DNA of 64,000 nucleotides from Lingula anatina (taxonomy: Eukaryota; Animalia; Brachiopoda): NCBI GenBank assembly GCA_051362555.1, contig CM120644.1, positions 3,294,954-3,358,953 on the forward strand, written 5' to 3'. The notes beneath the pieces were generated by a model. It was not told the DNA's origin and made no database searches. It saw only the letters and a program-made list of their open reading frames with translations. This document shows positions 23,153 through 38,482 of the stretch, in pieces. The position numbers and the translations under genes were made by a program. Numbering within the stretch: position 1 is the first letter of the stretch; every line of letters starts with the position of its first letter.

Positions 23153-25870
23153 AGGTGAGAAAAGCAAAGAAACTTCAAGGAGATTTCTTGACAATATTTC
23201 AGTTTATGTGCAGTGCAGAATTACTCCAAAGGTGAATCTTTGTACCCTCAACCTGCCTCAGGCTCCACTCGTGGTTGGAATTCCTTTTTGAATAACAAAT
23301 TTTCAGTACTAAAAGTGTAAGGGTTTCTTTCACTGTCTGGTTATTATGCAGTTTTCTTGAACGTTCACAAATTGTTGTAGTCTGAATTAAAACAGCATGA
23401 AAACCTATTAGAGCCCTGCTTCGTGACTGTTCCTTTGTTACAGTACTGGCATTAATGCTGCATTAGTAAAAAGGATCTACCTATGTCATTACACATTTTC
23501 TGCCAAAATAATATTTATTCCAGTGACATAATAAAGATGCCTTTGATTCTGTAACTTGATGATAATGATAATGATAGATACAGAATATCAAATTCTCTAA
23601 CTGCATTTCATTTTTGTTTATTTCATGAAATCAGGAGCCGTCTGGATGGAAAAAAGAACAATAAGACAATTGGATCCTTGTGCATCCGTCAGTAAATAAT
23701 AGACAAAGTGTCGTACATGGATAAATATTGTACATAGGCATATATATATCATATTATTGCTCCATGTTCAGTAGAAATATATATATCTTCAAAAGCACAT
23801 CATGAGTGACCAGATTGAAGGTAATCATTAAAGATGGTATGGGACAGATGGAACAAGTCACAGTGAAGTGATGGGAGAAAGAAATGTATATATGGACACA
23901 GCAGATGGCGAATTGCAAAGGAGAGTTTACTTAAAAGGAAAAGGAAGGACCCCATGCAAGTGTTAATTTTTAAACAGGACTGGATTTGTTTTTTGTTTTT
24001 TTTTTTTTCTGTAGATTTGGAACATGGGATGGAACAGCTTTTTTCATAACTCAATGAACTACATTTAAAAATGAAACGGTAAAAGCCAACAGAAATGATA
24101 ACTGTACAGCGAAAACGAACAGCAGTAATTGAAAATCAACACTGTGTGAATTGAGAAATGGACACCCAGTGGATTTCTCCATAAGCTGCAGCTCATAATA
24201 TTTCCAAATTGAAGCCAGAGAACTGGCGGCTGCAACATTTGAATGAGCATGTAGTTGTGCCATTATACTGTTTGTAATGTTTTAGAGAGAAAAACTGTCT
24301 ACAGACTGCGTTACAAGAGAATTCATTTTCTGAGCATGAATTTGTCAATTAAGATTAATGTAAATTTTTTTACTTCAAGCTCTGTCAAACCCATCTTTAC
24401 ATTAACAGGCCTCCACTGTGAGTGTATTAAGGCATTAATGAAACTTAATCAGTGTTGGTGCACGAACACACCCAGATTGTACTAAAAAATATGACCCACC
24501 CCAATTTGTATTGAGAGCTGCGTTATGGTCACATCTGTATGTGCAGCTCAGCCTTAAATGGTGAGACGGTCTTATGAATATAATTTCAGCAGCAGTCTGT
24601 TTGTAAATGGACACTTTTTCAATAGTTGATGATGTATAGATTTCCATGATATGGACTCTCCATGGTTATGAGAAAAGAAGGGCACTTGTTGCAGAGAAAT
24701 GATGTTGAAGTCGTAAATTTTCATTGATATTGTATGGCTGCAGAATTATGATTTGTTGTTGCCGAAACCACTTATAGGAAGTCTAGACACAAATCTTGTT
24801 GAGTGAAAACACCTCCCTCATACAATTTGAGTTGAACATCCTGTACTCTCGTAGTGGGGACTTGAGAATCTTGAACAACTTAATGTCTCTTATTTGTAGT
24901 TTTAGGAAATTTTCCTTTTCTTTTAGTTTGAGAAAGGCAGGGTTTTAGAACAGGACCACAAGGAAAAAGAAAGAAATATGTTTGAAAACGTGATGGCAGA
25001 CACTTTTAATAAGTTACATGGGGGAGGCAGATAACACTAAGTTCAAATTTCCTCACAAAATGTAAGAATTAAATCAGTTGTAAGGAGATTATTCATTTCC
25101 ACGGAATAAAAGAATTTATGCTTTACCAAAGTCAATAAATGTAGTTTACGAAAAGGACAATTTTAAGATCCTAAAATTGTATAGACGTTGTAATTTCTTT
25201 TATCAATAAACATATTAGCCATATACAGTCGATTTGTGTTTCTATAAATGAATATAGGACTAGAAGTCTCAATTTTTTTCTTCCATAGGATGAATTTTGT
25301 GCATTGTTTAAATTGCTGCTGACAGTAAAAAAGAAGAAAAAAGGAATGCTAATTTTAAAGAGAAGACGGCAGTGAGTGTCGTTGTCTGAATCACTGAACA
25401 ATCACCTGTGCACAGAACGATTGCACGATTCTATTAATTAATGTTTAACGTTGACAATTCTAACAGAAAGGGTACGTCAGGTTAAGGGGGGGGGGGCGTT
25501 GGTTTTTGGAGCGACAGGGATCTTACACTCCAAATATTGTAAAAAAGAGAAAAGAACAGCAAAAATGAAAGGACTTTATGATTTGAGCGGAACCTGGGAT
25601 GCCATTGTATCTTATAATTGATGAAGACACTTCTAAAGTTGTGCCTCGTCACGATGTTGGTCTTGTCTTGATCGGAAGCAGGTGCTCTCGGTAGCACTGC
25701 ATTCTGGGAATGTAAGGAGCCATATTTGTTATTGATCGTGGGAGGCAAACAGAAGTAGAAATGCAAAATTAGGCGGCGTTGCGTCGTATCTCTTTTAGCA
25801 AGGCGACATAAGTCGGTTCATCGCCAAGAAATTTTATTGAAACCGCCTTGTAGGCGTAGATTTTGTAAGT

Positions 25871-28800
25871 ATGGCGAGTGCAGCCGGACCAAAGAGCAAC
25901 AAGAAAAAGCGGCTGTTCATTAAACAGAAGAGGAAATTATTTCGAGCCAACGAACCGCTGCTCAGTGTTTTCATGTGGGGAGTCAACCATTCGGTAAGTT
26001 TTGTCTCTCCTGTCTGGAATTGTTAGACACCGATGCATTGCAAATTTGATCTGATGTTGAACGGCATTATGCGATTAAACCGGCTACCGGCTTCTGAATT
26101 TCGGCGCCCGATTTTTATCTCATGTACAAACACATCTACTTGTTGGTTTGTAAAATTCGGCACCGAGGGATTATTATCACGCAAAGAATATATAAAAAAT
26201 ATACAAAAAAAAAAAAAATAGATAAATAATTAAAATATAAACATCATCGCACACCATTATATCAATTTCCGTGGCTACTACTAACCCTGGCAGCTTTACT
26301 CCTCCCCCTAAGTACATTTCAGTGTGAAAATAGCATTATCAGTGCATGATCAGCATCTTTTCTTGTCAAGTGAAATGGATTTAAATTTCATAGTTTCACG
26401 ATTTGCTCATTATGATTTGAAAAACGAATGGAAATTATCTGAGACAGGCCAGAGTCTTGCGCATGCAGCATTTAAAATCAAGCAATTATTTTTGCAAAAT
26501 TTGGAGGAGAGTAGGGTCAGAAATGACCAAAACAAGCTAATAAGCATGGTGCATCAGACAGGACAAGTCAGACAGATAATCTGTTGTATAACGGTAAAGA
26601 TTTACCATGTTTTGTTTATCACATTCAGAATTGCTTTTCAAGTTGACCACTTCTTGCAGAATTTTTCTAGTGTTGTCCCGCACGAAAATGCAGTAGTATC
26701 GAAATAGCAAAGAAGCATTTACGCAGTAGTCGTGTGGAGCATATTTGCAGTAGAAATGCAGTATAGCCTACTGCAATTCTACTCCAAAAAGTACATAGGT
26801 TTGTACAGAGAGGAGCATTAATGCAGTAGATTAGCAGCATGATAGAAGCATGTTTCAAATATGCTAATTAGTTCCCAAATCGCAGCAGATTTGAGGCATG
26901 TTTGCAGTATGATTGCAGTAGTCTACTGCGGTTTCGTGCGGGGTATGATATCATGTAGTGCCCAATGACTTGTTATTTTCATATGATTTTTATATGATTC
27001 CCACTGAATGACTACATTACCAGCAATATGCTGTAATAAATCATAATTTAGTTCTTATTTTGATAATTGCACAAACTTCACTAGATTACTTATATACTAT
27101 ACCTTGTGAATACCCTTAGGGTTCATTCAATTGAAATGCACATCGATTCAGATGAAAGGTATTTTTTAAATATATTGCTGTAAGAAATGTATGCACTTTA
27201 TTGCAAATCCTTCCTCCGGCATGTATTTTGTGATACCACTCACACAAAATGTGATGATGTGTGAGATGTGATTAAATTGTCTTGTTTTGAACAAAGTGAG
27301 GTGTTAATTTGATACCCAACAACTAACGCTTTATGATATTGCCTTAGTTGTCATAAAGGCAGTATCATTTCAATGCTTACACTCAGAGTCACTATTTAAA
27401 TTTGGCAGAAATGCAGCACATCCCATTTATAACTTAATATTCAAGAATGTTTTCTAATTGGTCTATTTTTTTCCCTGGAGATTTTGAATCCAAGAGTAAT
27501 GCCGGAATGTAATAATCTGAAGTCACTTACCTATGAGCCATTCTACCAGCCCATTCAGAACAGCAGACTTAGACCGCATTCACACTGAGTTGAGCCATGG
27601 ATCTACAAAGTCACGAACTAAACATGGCGGACGTACATGAAAGAAAAACCGCCTAATCTTTTAATAGTCTCTCTGCCTCTCACGGGCCTCCCCATGCGTC
27701 GTCCCTGCGGGGGTACAGTCATTAAATCTTGGCTCCATTAGGACTACACATGAGGAGGCGTGTGAGAGGCGGGGAGACTATTAAAAGATTAAGCGTTTTT
27801 CCTTTCATGTACATCTGCCATATTTAGTTCGTGGCTTTGTAGATACATGGCTCAACTCGATGTGAATGTGGTCTAACAGAACCATGGATCAAATATGGCC
27901 AACCCACTTAAAGCTTGTTGCTTAATTCCCAATTCGACAATGAACAGATTCCCCGCAGGGATGAAGCAACAAGCATTCAAGTGGGTCATCCATACTAGTA
28001 TTTGATCTGCAGATCTGTTAGTCCACCGTTCTGTTGCTTTAACAGTGTGAACTCACATGAACACAGCTTGTGAGTCATATGAAGATTTGACGTCTCATTT
28101 CTCTCCTGCAGTTCAGGCATGTTTCCAATGTTACAGCGTCTGACAAATCAATTGATTCTAGGAGTAATCTCGCCTCCAATGACACCTAGTACCAAGGGCA
28201 GACTTACATTGCCCTTTGTAAAATAGTCCAAATTTAAGTGTTAACTTAAAACCATTATGTTTTGCATAAAGTACCTCTTTTGTTATTGACTGTATTATTG
28301 TATTTATTTTTAAAGTTTAATTTATGGTGTTATTTAAAATGATATGTAAAAAATAGCATATGCACCAGAAAAATATTCTTGTGATTTGTTTGCTTTTGAC
28401 TCTCTCTGCACGATGTAATGCAATGCTAGGTGGCTTTCCACTGGCTTGTGATGTTCTGATTCACATTATAAATATGATTACATTTCCTTTTACTCAATCT
28501 CTGCTTGATTAATGGATGAATACATAAAGTGTTATTGTTAAAATGATGTCAATGTTATGATCCATGTAATTATCATTAGGACCATTTCATGAAATTATCT
28601 ACTATTGTATGTACTTTAATTAGCCTCTTGTATCTAGATAAAGTGAAGAAGAGCAATTAATTTTTTTATTCACTTCCTGCTTATCATATGATCTAAATTG
28701 AGTTGTAGTTGCTACTAATTTGTTTTCATCTGAATTGACATGGTGCTTGCTTGCTTCCAACCCTGAAGGAGTCAGTATTATGGTAATGACACAGAAAGTC

Positions 28801-31637
28801 TGTGGTGTCAGCATAATTTATTAGGTAAAATTTTGAACATTGCAACTGCTATAATTGTAAACAATTATTGCTAAATTGATAAAAGAGCAAAAATTTCACA
28901 CTGCCACTAAAATTGATCTGTTGGAATAACCTGGTCATATTCAACGAGTTACATCAACAGAAAAAACGTAGTGTAGAATAAGTCTCTGACTTGGCTGGCA
29001 ATAACTGATTCAGATCCCCAGGGATGACATTGTCAAGTAATTTTCTTATAAGATTGTACAGTGTTGATTTTTTTGTGGGAATAGAAATAATGATGCCTAC
29101 ATTTGAAAATTAGTTACCATTTACAGTTATTGTTAATTTTTATCGTTGTCACTGGGGGGCTTTGGTTCAAAATCAGTCCCAGGCAAAGGATGCAGTGCTT
29201 TACTTTGATTTGATTCTTACACTTTTTCTGCTGAGCATTTTTTTTTTCTTGAAACAGTAAAATGTGGTTGAAAGGTGTAACAGCTAACATTAGTGTCTTC
29301 AATACACATCAGAACCCACTGAAAAAAAAATTGGGATTATTTCTAAATGTTGGGGATAGTTGCAATAAAGATATTCTATACAGTGGTGGATTTTCATGCC
29401 AAGCCCCTTTTTTTTGGGGGGGGGGGGGGGGATCTCAGCAGAATCTCAGAATATAGATCTCCAGACACGGCCTCATTTAAATAAAGAATGAACCAAAATG
29501 GGGTTAATGCAGAACTAAGATAAATAACCAAATGTATCCCCAGTAAATGAACATTTCATTCACATTTAAATTAACTACTAGTAGCCACCTAGTAACTTGC
29601 TTGACTTAGCTGATTTGGTTTGGCAGACTGCAGTTTTTTTTTTCCAGTTTTAAAGTATGCAAGGTGGGATCACTATACATGAAGGTGTCATTAGGGTCAT
29701 TCACATTCATTTATTTCGACCACGATTAAGGCCTGATTTCAGTCCTATCCAAAATTTTAATGCATTTTTCTCATGGAAATAATTCTTGATACAAGTAAAA
29801 TTTAAGACTTTTTGTACAGCATTGCTTCTTGAACTCCCACCATGATGTTCATAAAAATACTTTCCAATGAGAACTATGGTGTACATTTTTAACAGGAAGT
29901 ATGATTGTTCAAAGGCTATAGCTGCTGGTATCAGTGTGAATGCAAAAAGTGGCTTTGCTGCAAATGGCAGTTCTGTCAGGGCTAACTGGACCGCTGTTTA
30001 CTGGCTAGTGTAAATGGCCCTGAAAACTTCCTCTTGACAGACTCCTTGAATGTAAACCCTGATTAATCTCAGCATAAGTTTTAGTGATTTGCTGGAATGT
30101 TTATTAAAATGTATTACTAGTAAACATTTTACTAAGGCATGAAAACTAGCCATTAAAAAGTGACAGTTTTATTTTTGCAACCTGTCTCTGGGAACACCTT
30201 TATTTTAAGACTTAATAGTCATCTGGATGTCACTCGGTGTAAGGTGTGCAAACAGCTTTACTTGAGTGATTTATAATGATGGTAAATGTGCCTCGCACCA
30301 GTGAAAACTTACAGAGTTAATGGAGCTTTCCTGTACTAATATTTTGACATTGAAAAACGTGTAACAGCAGAGTATATTTTAAAGGGATAATAACTCTTCG
30401 TATGAGATCTATATTTCACAATAAAAACCTTGTGAATAACTCATAGAAATATCATATATTCTGTTTTACCACAAAAACAGCAGTTATAGCTATTATTCTG
30501 ATATCTGAGCTTGTCTTTAGACCACGTGACCTCCATTGATGGCTATACTCTGTTATAATCTCTTAAGAGATTTTAACAAAAAACCAAACTTTTTAGAAAA
30601 AAACCAGGGACTAACTTTGAATGTAAAAATGGATTCATTAACCATTGGTAAGTGTGGGAAAATTGTTGTTTACTCCAGGAAAATTCATTTTTTGGCCATA
30701 CGAAGAGTTATTATTGCTTTAATTTTTTTTTTCCTCTTTTCAACAGCTTTTCTTACCAGTTAAGTTACAGCTAGGGTCAAGAAGTTTCAAAGCCCAGTTC
30801 TATGTTTATTGCATAGGATTTTTCATATCCTGCGACGGTGTATGAAAATACTTAACAGAGACAATTTGATGGCCTGGCTATTACAGAACAGAGTGAACAA
30901 TATTGGGGGTGGGGGGGGGCTTATTCTCAATCCACTTGACTGTGAAAGGGACAAAACAGATGTTACACATAACGCAATTGCATGTTAGACCCATTAAATA
31001 TTTTCTAATTGAATGTTATGATTCGTCCATCTGTGTAATGCAAAATTGGATGTGGGTCTCATCCCACACAAATTGTCAACACTTGACACCAGTGACCAGT
31101 GAGAGTTAAGTTCACCTGAGGACAGGGCTTTTCCCAGCAAACCACCCAGCCATCATTTCATTGACCACCGACATCATCGGATAGACAATATATATCTTCA
31201 AAAACAGCAGGACAGCTTCTGTTTTTTTTTTTTTTTTTGAAAAATGATGGCTCGGACTCCCAGAAATTTTGAAGGAAATTACAGGTGATAATTTTGGACA
31301 GTCTGTACTCCCAATCCTTGGAAAAGCCCTGCCATAGGAAGACCTTGTGAGAAGGTTTTTATTAAGATTTAATATCAGATTCAATTTTTCATAATTTCAT
31401 TAAATGTTTTGGTATCATAATGTGCAATAGACAATTTGAAAATGGGTTAGTGGTCAGTGCAACAAATGGCCCTTGCAATCAGTGACTGGTGCTGGGCCTC
31501 ATTTTAAGAGGACTCGTACTAAAAGTTACTAAAAGTAACATAAGACACTTGTGTTTTGCAGCATTTCTAGGTTCATTGATGTATGCTGTTACAGTCTGTT
31601 ATCATTTGCATGTTTAACATGAGCTTTATGGAACATT

Positions 31638-31672
<35 letters not shown>

Positions 31673-31803
31673 GAATTTCTGTTTGGCTCTTGACTTGCTG
31701 TTTGAGGGAGGAAAAATATGATTGAAGCAGGATATGTTATGCTACTGTAGACAAGAAACAAGTTTTTTTTTCTGCTGTCAGTTCAGGATGTCATTTATCT
31801 TAA

Positions 31804-31872
<69 letters not shown>

Positions 31873-34800
31873 TCCTTGAGGGTTATCTGGTTATAAAGGA
31901 TTATAAAATTTTTAAAAGGCAAGAATTTGAAATCCTGGGATAAGTTCCTTTTTGCAACACAACAAACCTGGAAACATTGAAACAAACACTATATAACATC
32001 GGCTGGTCTTATATTTTTCAGATCAACGAGCTTGGTCATGTGAACATCCCCGTCATGTTGATGCCTGATGACTTCAAGGCCTTCAGCAAGGTCAAGGTTG
32101 CTAACCATTTGTTTAACAAGTAAGTAAACAACAACAAAAACAAAGAAAAACGGTGGGTGGTTCTTAAAACAGTCTAGATTGTTAACCAGTGGTGGCTGAT
32201 GTAAAACCAAGTTATTAACAACAGACCACTAAAATTCTCTGTGTTCCTTTACTGGCCATCGTGTCTGCTTTTGCTGTTGCTTAATGGATTCATACAACCT
32301 GGTGCCCTGAAGAGCAAGTACATTGAAAGCAATTTGGGCTAAGTCTTTTCTAAAGACTGCAGTATAGTCAACTCTGATCTGTGTGTGAGTTTGCTGGTTG
32401 CAAGCAGTTTTTGCTTAATAAAGTATGAGGGTTGCCTGTGCATACATGGGTGCACGAATATAGTGATTTTGTTCAATGCTAATAAATTCTATACCTACTG
32501 GTGTCAGTTCAGAAATCCTCCAGGAATTGGAGAATTTATTTATTTACATACCCATGGCATGTTGTAGATGAGTCTCTAACACTGCTGTAACAGAGGAGAT
32601 CATAGCAGGTGCTTGGGGGAAAATGTGGGGAAGCCTGGAGGGCTACTGCTGGGTAATTTGTTATTTGTGAGTCATGAAATCATGAAAGAGGTTAATTTTC
32701 ATACCTTGTACATACAGGATTGGATAGGTTTGATAGAAGTGTCTTTTGGGAGTACTCCAAGGCCTTTTTTTCTCACTTTTTTTAACCAGGAAGTTGTTAA
32801 ATATTTACTGCGAAATCCTCATTGGATCAATTTGAGATATAGGAAGAAAAAGACAAATTTCAAACGAGTTATGTGTTCTTTAATCTAAACAGATACGTTA
32901 CGTATGTTTTTTTTTTATAATCATGTGATGACATTGCGTGATGAATTGAAGTTTGGTAAAATTCAGTTGTGTGTCATGTCAATTAGTAAAATGGAATTTT
33001 TCTGTCATCAGGGGGCAAAGTACAGCTGGGGTGACTGCACGAAACGAGAAAAAAAAAAAACGTCATAAAGACATATGAAACATACTGTTGTTTTACTTTA
33101 CTCCATTAAATGAGTTGAGATACCCATAAGATTTATTTAACTTGCGTTTCCATGAACTTTTTATTATTTCATTCATTAACTATTTCATTCAAAGCTTTGA
33201 ATATGAGAAACTGCTTCTTAAAAATGTTACAGTGGTTTAAAAAATAGAGTAATCTTCAAAAGCATTTAATTACAAGTTAAGGCCTTCTTTGTTATAGGAA
33301 GTAATTTTTGTGCTCAACATTTTATTATATAATAAATTCAAGGTAGAGGAAAGAAAGATTTTTCTCTTTTAGATTCTTATTTGAAGCAAATTGCAATCTC
33401 AGTTGCATAAGTTGCAGCAAGGTGTGCTTATGCAATTCGTATTACGAAACCTTTCTATTGTTTTCTTGGTTCACTTTGACATTGACAGTGATATTGACAT
33501 TTATGGCTTTCAGCAAAATAACATTTTAAAGCCTGAGGTTGCTGGCATTTCCCTTTTGTGGGGTCTTATTTTCCTTTTTTCTCTTCTTAAAAAACTATAT
33601 TCCTACTAGTATATCATTTCACCTACAGTATAGGGTTTTAGAGGAGAATAACAGGAAATAAGACTACTCAAAATTGATATATATTTTTATTGCTTTTCAA
33701 CTAGTTCAAAGAACTGAGGAAATTAACACAAGGTGGTCGATAAAGATGGTTAACCACAATTAAACTTGGAAAGTATTGTGTGCTTAATTCATCTTCACAG
33801 TGAATCTCAGCTTACAGTTTTCTGGTGCACAAATTTTTTTTTTTTTTTAATCTGACTGAGAAAAACAGGATATTTTCTGTTGTGATTTAGGACATTCTTT
33901 AGGATGTTTGTGCATAGAAAAATATGTGAGAATGAAGAATACAGTTTGGTGCTAGTAATGGGATATCTGAATGAAATAAAATGTGACTGAGAAAGTAGTA
34001 ATGAGAGGGGCATGATATGGAGCATGCTTTAGTATTTATGGAAATAGAAAATAAAATATCTCTATGAAAAATTTTACAATATCTCTTACAAAAAAATGAC
34101 AATTTTTTTGTTTCATGACAGAGTCCATCATTTCTACATGTACTTCCAGAGAAAACATGCCCAGTCATTTCAAAGTCAAAGAATACTGCCCCCTCGTGTT
34201 CAGAAACTTACGGGAACGCTTCGGTGTGGACGACATCGACTACATGAACTCCCTGACCCGTGCCCAACCAGAGGACCAACCCTCGTCTGCCAGGACTGGG
34301 GCGAGATTTCTCAAATCCCATGATGACCTCTACGTAATTAAAACCTTAGTCAGTGAGGAAGTGGAACAAATGCATCATATTCTTAAAATGTATCACCAGG
34401 TTGGTAATTCTGGCATTTGTCATCTCTGTTAGCGCATTCAGAACAACAGGCTAACAGATCCACGGATCAAATATGGCCGACCCACTTGAATGCTTGTGGC
34501 TCAATCCCTGCAGGGAATCTAATCCAAATTCAACTCTGTCTCTGTTTAAAGCTTAACCGCTTAATTTTTTACCCTTTGGCCTAATAAGTTTATCCACTGC
34601 ACTTGATTTTCAGGATTTAAAAAAAAAAGCTTCACTCCCATCCCATATTACCAGACTAAGTATTACATTAACAGTGTACTTGTGACATTTTCCTACTGAT
34701 ATATTTTCTTATTTTTAGTTCATAGTTGAGCGCCATGCCAAGACACTCCTCCCCCAGTACCTGGGAATGTACCGCGTGACGGTGAACGACACAGAAACCT

Positions 34801-36243
34801 ACCTGGTGGTTATGAGGAATATATTCAGCCCCAGGTTGACAATACATAAGAAATATGATTTAAAGGTAAGGGCGTATCAGGTTGGATGCCACTGTGAAAC
34901 ATTGAGCTGTGTTGCTTTGAACTGTGCTGCACAATATCATGTTCAATGTTGTGAAATTAAGGTCTTTTTTTCACATTGAGCATTTTTATCTAACTTGGCA
35001 TTCCATCAGTAGTTTTGTTTTCAGAAATTGACAGCTCAGTTGTGTTATACTGTAGCTGCTTACACCAAGCTTAGCTTAATAGAGATAAAATATTCTTGAT
35101 TTATCTAGAAAATGTGTTGTATTAACTACCCCTGACCACTATATAGAACTGCGCCTGTTGGGTCCTTGCATTTTCAGGAACCTTTTAAAAAGGTCTGCTG
35201 TTATCTCCAAATTTACTACATCAATCCACAGAGAAGGATCAACCTGTCTTCATTGCATACATGCCTCAAAAATTGATGCACTTGTAACAAAAGATCTGCA
35301 TTGATAATATTTCATGACATATTCACGAACCCATATATGCAGCAGTAAGTCACACTCCATTAGTAATGACATGTACAGTGGCAGCTGTTCAGGTGATCTC
35401 TTAAGAAAGGTTTCTCCCCATCATAACCCGTTGTCACACCATCGCCAGGCACATGTTGTTGTTTTAGCATTATCTCACCTGATATTACAGCTGGGCGGCA
35501 ACAGATCTGATGAAAGGGTTTTATCCCTTTTTTTCAGTTCATTATTATTGGTTATGCCGGTTTTTGTTAGTTGGAAAAAAAGTTGAGGGGTATTTAGGTA
35601 GAAGATGGTCAGGTTAAACTGAAATTTACATACAGCTATATTGAAGTTTTTTTTTTCTGGAAATTACATTTCTACCTTTCTGGAATCTTGTTGACAATTT
35701 TGTTTAGGTTTCCTACATAGACTTGATTACAACTAAAGCTGTTAACATGCATCGAAATCTTCACCAAAAAAAAACAAAAAACACCCCAAAAACTGAATAA
35801 AGCATTTATCACCATGGTCACATAACATCTCTTGATATGTAAACTGTCTTGGTTATTTAGAAGAGGGCCCTTAAATAGATAGAAAATGTCACATTTGAGT
35901 TGATCTCATGCTTATTTCATGAGATAAATGGTTTTTCTTCCAGGGCTCAACTGTAGATAGACAGGCTAGTGACAAAGAAAAGGTAAAAAAAAGCTTAGAA
36001 TTAAAATGAATTTCAGTAGTCTCACAAAGTAACATTTGAACTGATATTCATGTAATAAGATTATAATGCAATGTGTTCAGTTCTTCATTTTGGTAAAACA
36101 ATTCAAGATTTTAGATTGATTTAGTAAAGTACATTAACAAATTTTATATGGTTACTTGGGCAATTATTTAATTTGATAGATGTTAGAATAATTGTGATGT
36201 TAGATTGAAGTTTGCATCTTTATATTGAATACCAAAACAGAGG

Positions 36244-36287
<44 letters not shown>

Positions 36288-37980
36288 CTTTTCTCACAGG
36301 CCAAAGAGCTTCCCACATTTAAAGACAATGATTTTGTGAGTGACGGCATTAGGATAGATATCGGAGAAGAAGCCAAAGAGAACTTAATGGAAACGCTCAA
36401 GGCTGACACAGAGGTGAGGAGGTGGAGGACAGAGTATCTAATTACTATGAATGGCATGCAAATATATGCAAAACCCCATTGCCATAGGCTCACCATTGGT
36501 CTAGAACATAGACCAACCCATCTGTGCAGGAACCCTCGTGAAATGCAATCGGCTTAACTGAGTGACAGGCCTCTTCTTGCTTTCAGCGCAACATATTATC
36601 ACCAGATATGTGTATTCTCCTTAATGCCAGGAGGCGGCGTGTAAATCTGTTAAGCTGATTGCACTCAGTGAGAATCTCTGCAGTGTTAGGTTGATCTACG
36701 TAGACAGTGGTATCTAATGGGGCCGCGTGTTTACTAACAAAGTTGGTATTTCAATTGTTGCATATGCATATCTATGTTTAAAACAAATTTGTATGTATAC
36801 ATTGTGCTAGTGTGAAAAATAAAAGAAAATATTATGATGAAAGGCCAGACTTTGCAAATTGATGGGTTTTGTCACCCACCAGAGTCAAACATATCAATAT
36901 TTCATTTAACTGTTTTCTTTTTTTCTTTCGATTGACCCATTTTTCATTGATTTATTTGTCTGATCCATTCCTTTTTTTTCTAATGGATCATTTTACCAGA
37001 ACTACACCAAAAATGATAAAGAATTATTTCTTTTTCTCCCTCTTGTTTCCAGTTTCTTTGCAGCCTCAATATAATGGACTACAGTCTCCTAGTTGGCATA
37101 CACGATGTGGAAAGAGGCGAGCAAGAGAGGATCAATCAGCGCGAGGAAGAACTTGAGGATGGCGTCGAAGAAATGGAAGGGAGCGACGACTCCGCAGGAA
37201 AGCCTGGATACAGGAAGCACATCCCAAGTGAAGATCTGGCGCCTACGCCACCTGACAGTCCCACAATGCACTGCATGCCATTTTTGCCATTTGAAGATAT
37301 TGATCCTAATATTGAACATTATGCCATGAAAAGTAGTGCTAGTAAGTGATGGCAGTGGCTGAAGGAGAGAATTATATGTTGTTTTGTGTGACTTAAAAGT
37401 AATAGGAATTGTAAGGTGTTTTACGTGAGGTGAAACATTGGGTGAAAAAAATAGTAATAAATGTATGTTTTAAAATTAAAGTAATTGACAGCAATGTGGA
37501 ATATGCTAAGGGCTTATAGCTATTTTTTGTTTGTTTTTTAAAAATCATGAAATGTGTATGTGTATGGTAATTATCAAATCCTGATCCAAACTCTTACTAA
37601 GGTTGTCTCACCGAACCCTAAGACTTTCCCTGAAAAAAATATAATAAATATTATATGAATCAATGTCGGCAATATTTATAATTCTCAAACTTACAAGAAA
37701 GGCTCTTACTCAAACAAAACTAAAACTGTAGAGCGGAAAAAAAAAGGCTGACCGGTTTAATTTTTTTCACATCTTCGCATTTTTTCACCTTCTAGGTTCA
37801 CCACATAAAGAAATCTACTTCATGGGAATGGTGGACGTGCTCACTCATTACGGCGTAAAGAAACGCACGGCACAGGCAGCCAAGAATTTACGCTATGGTG
37901 CTGAGGCCGAAATATCAACAGTAAAACCAGAACAATATGCACGTAGGTTTTTAGAATTCATCCAAAAGAGCATGCAGTAG
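25871..37980 (+). CDS. PIP4K2: Phosphatidylinositol 5-phosphate 4-kinase type 2, about 414 aa
   Basis: Exons 25871-25993 ([20 protein letters not shown]), 32022-32119 ([12 protein letters not shown]), 34150-34399 ([18 protein letters not shown]), 34719-34865 ([15 protein letters not shown]), 35944-35982 (GSTVDRQAS), 36300-36413, 37053-37341 (MDYSLLVG), 37796-37980 ([31 protein letters not shown]). The activation loop has the type II Ala rather than the type I Glu. Confidence 0.97.
26677..26942. mobile_element. Small TIR element with internal GCAG(T)A repeats
   Basis: cccgcacgaaaatgcagtag ... ctactgcggtttcgtgcggg. Confidence 0.7.
27572..27873. mobile_element. 302-bp foldback (near-palindromic) MITE with TTA/TAA flanks, nested in another palindromic element (about 27550-28035)
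   Basis: The arms of about 130 bp are reverse complements (gaccgcattcacactgagttgagccatg / catggctcaactcgatgtgaatgtggtc). A host-element copy lacking the insert is at about 34432-34520. Confidence 0.88.
30383..30718 (+). mobile_element. Family C copy 2
   Basis: Same TIRs and internal sequence. It is the source of the spurious ORF 30536-30763. Confidence 0.88.
31811..31867. repeat. (CT)n microsatellite
   Basis: Direct inspection. Confidence 0.97.
36245..36286. repeat. (ATT)n microsatellite just upstream of the PIP4K2 exon 6 acceptor
   Basis: Direct inspection. Confidence 0.95.
36470..36725. mobile_element. Imperfect palindromic element; related copy at about 62845-63087
   Basis: Both copies have inverted arms ending tctacgtagacagt..taatggg and share aatctgtt(t)aa.ctgatt. 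Confidence 0.55.
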
Positions 37981-38210
37981 GAAGGAACAGGCAGGAGGAG
38001 CCTTCTAACTTTCAGAAAAAATCAGATCGAGAAATCGGCCATTGGGAATTCTTTCTCGTCGCATCATCTGCGCTCTTATTAATTAACCTCATTAATCTGG
38101 TCAGTCATTTTATGCATGTACATTAATTCTATACTCATGATTCATGTATGTTAATGTGTACTTGGTTGTATGCATGAACAGTACAAAATATATCAAACTA
38201 CAAAAGGCAG

Positions 38211-38482
38211 GGGACAATTTCACTAAAGGACTTTAGTCTAACAATTGGTCTAAATTTTAGTCCGGCAATTGGTCTAAACTTCTATGTCAAAATTTTGATT
38301 TATTTTAGTTCGTGATGACCCATAAGTATTTGGTATAGATTATATTGATCTGAAACAGGAAACCTTTCACGTTATAAAACCATTTGTTGCAATATATAAT
38401 TTTAAAATTTTGTACAGGCTAAAATTGCGGTCTAAAACTTTAGACCAACTTTGGGGCTGAAGTTTATCTGTGAAGCAGGGCA
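38211..38482. mobile_element. CWG-flanked MITE (family B-like) in the PIP4K2 3' region
   Basis: Imperfect TIRs gggacaatttcactaaaggactttagtc / agtttatctgtgaagcagggca, internal ggtctaaa repeats, related to segments near 49735-49795 and 54755-54812. Confidence 0.55.
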
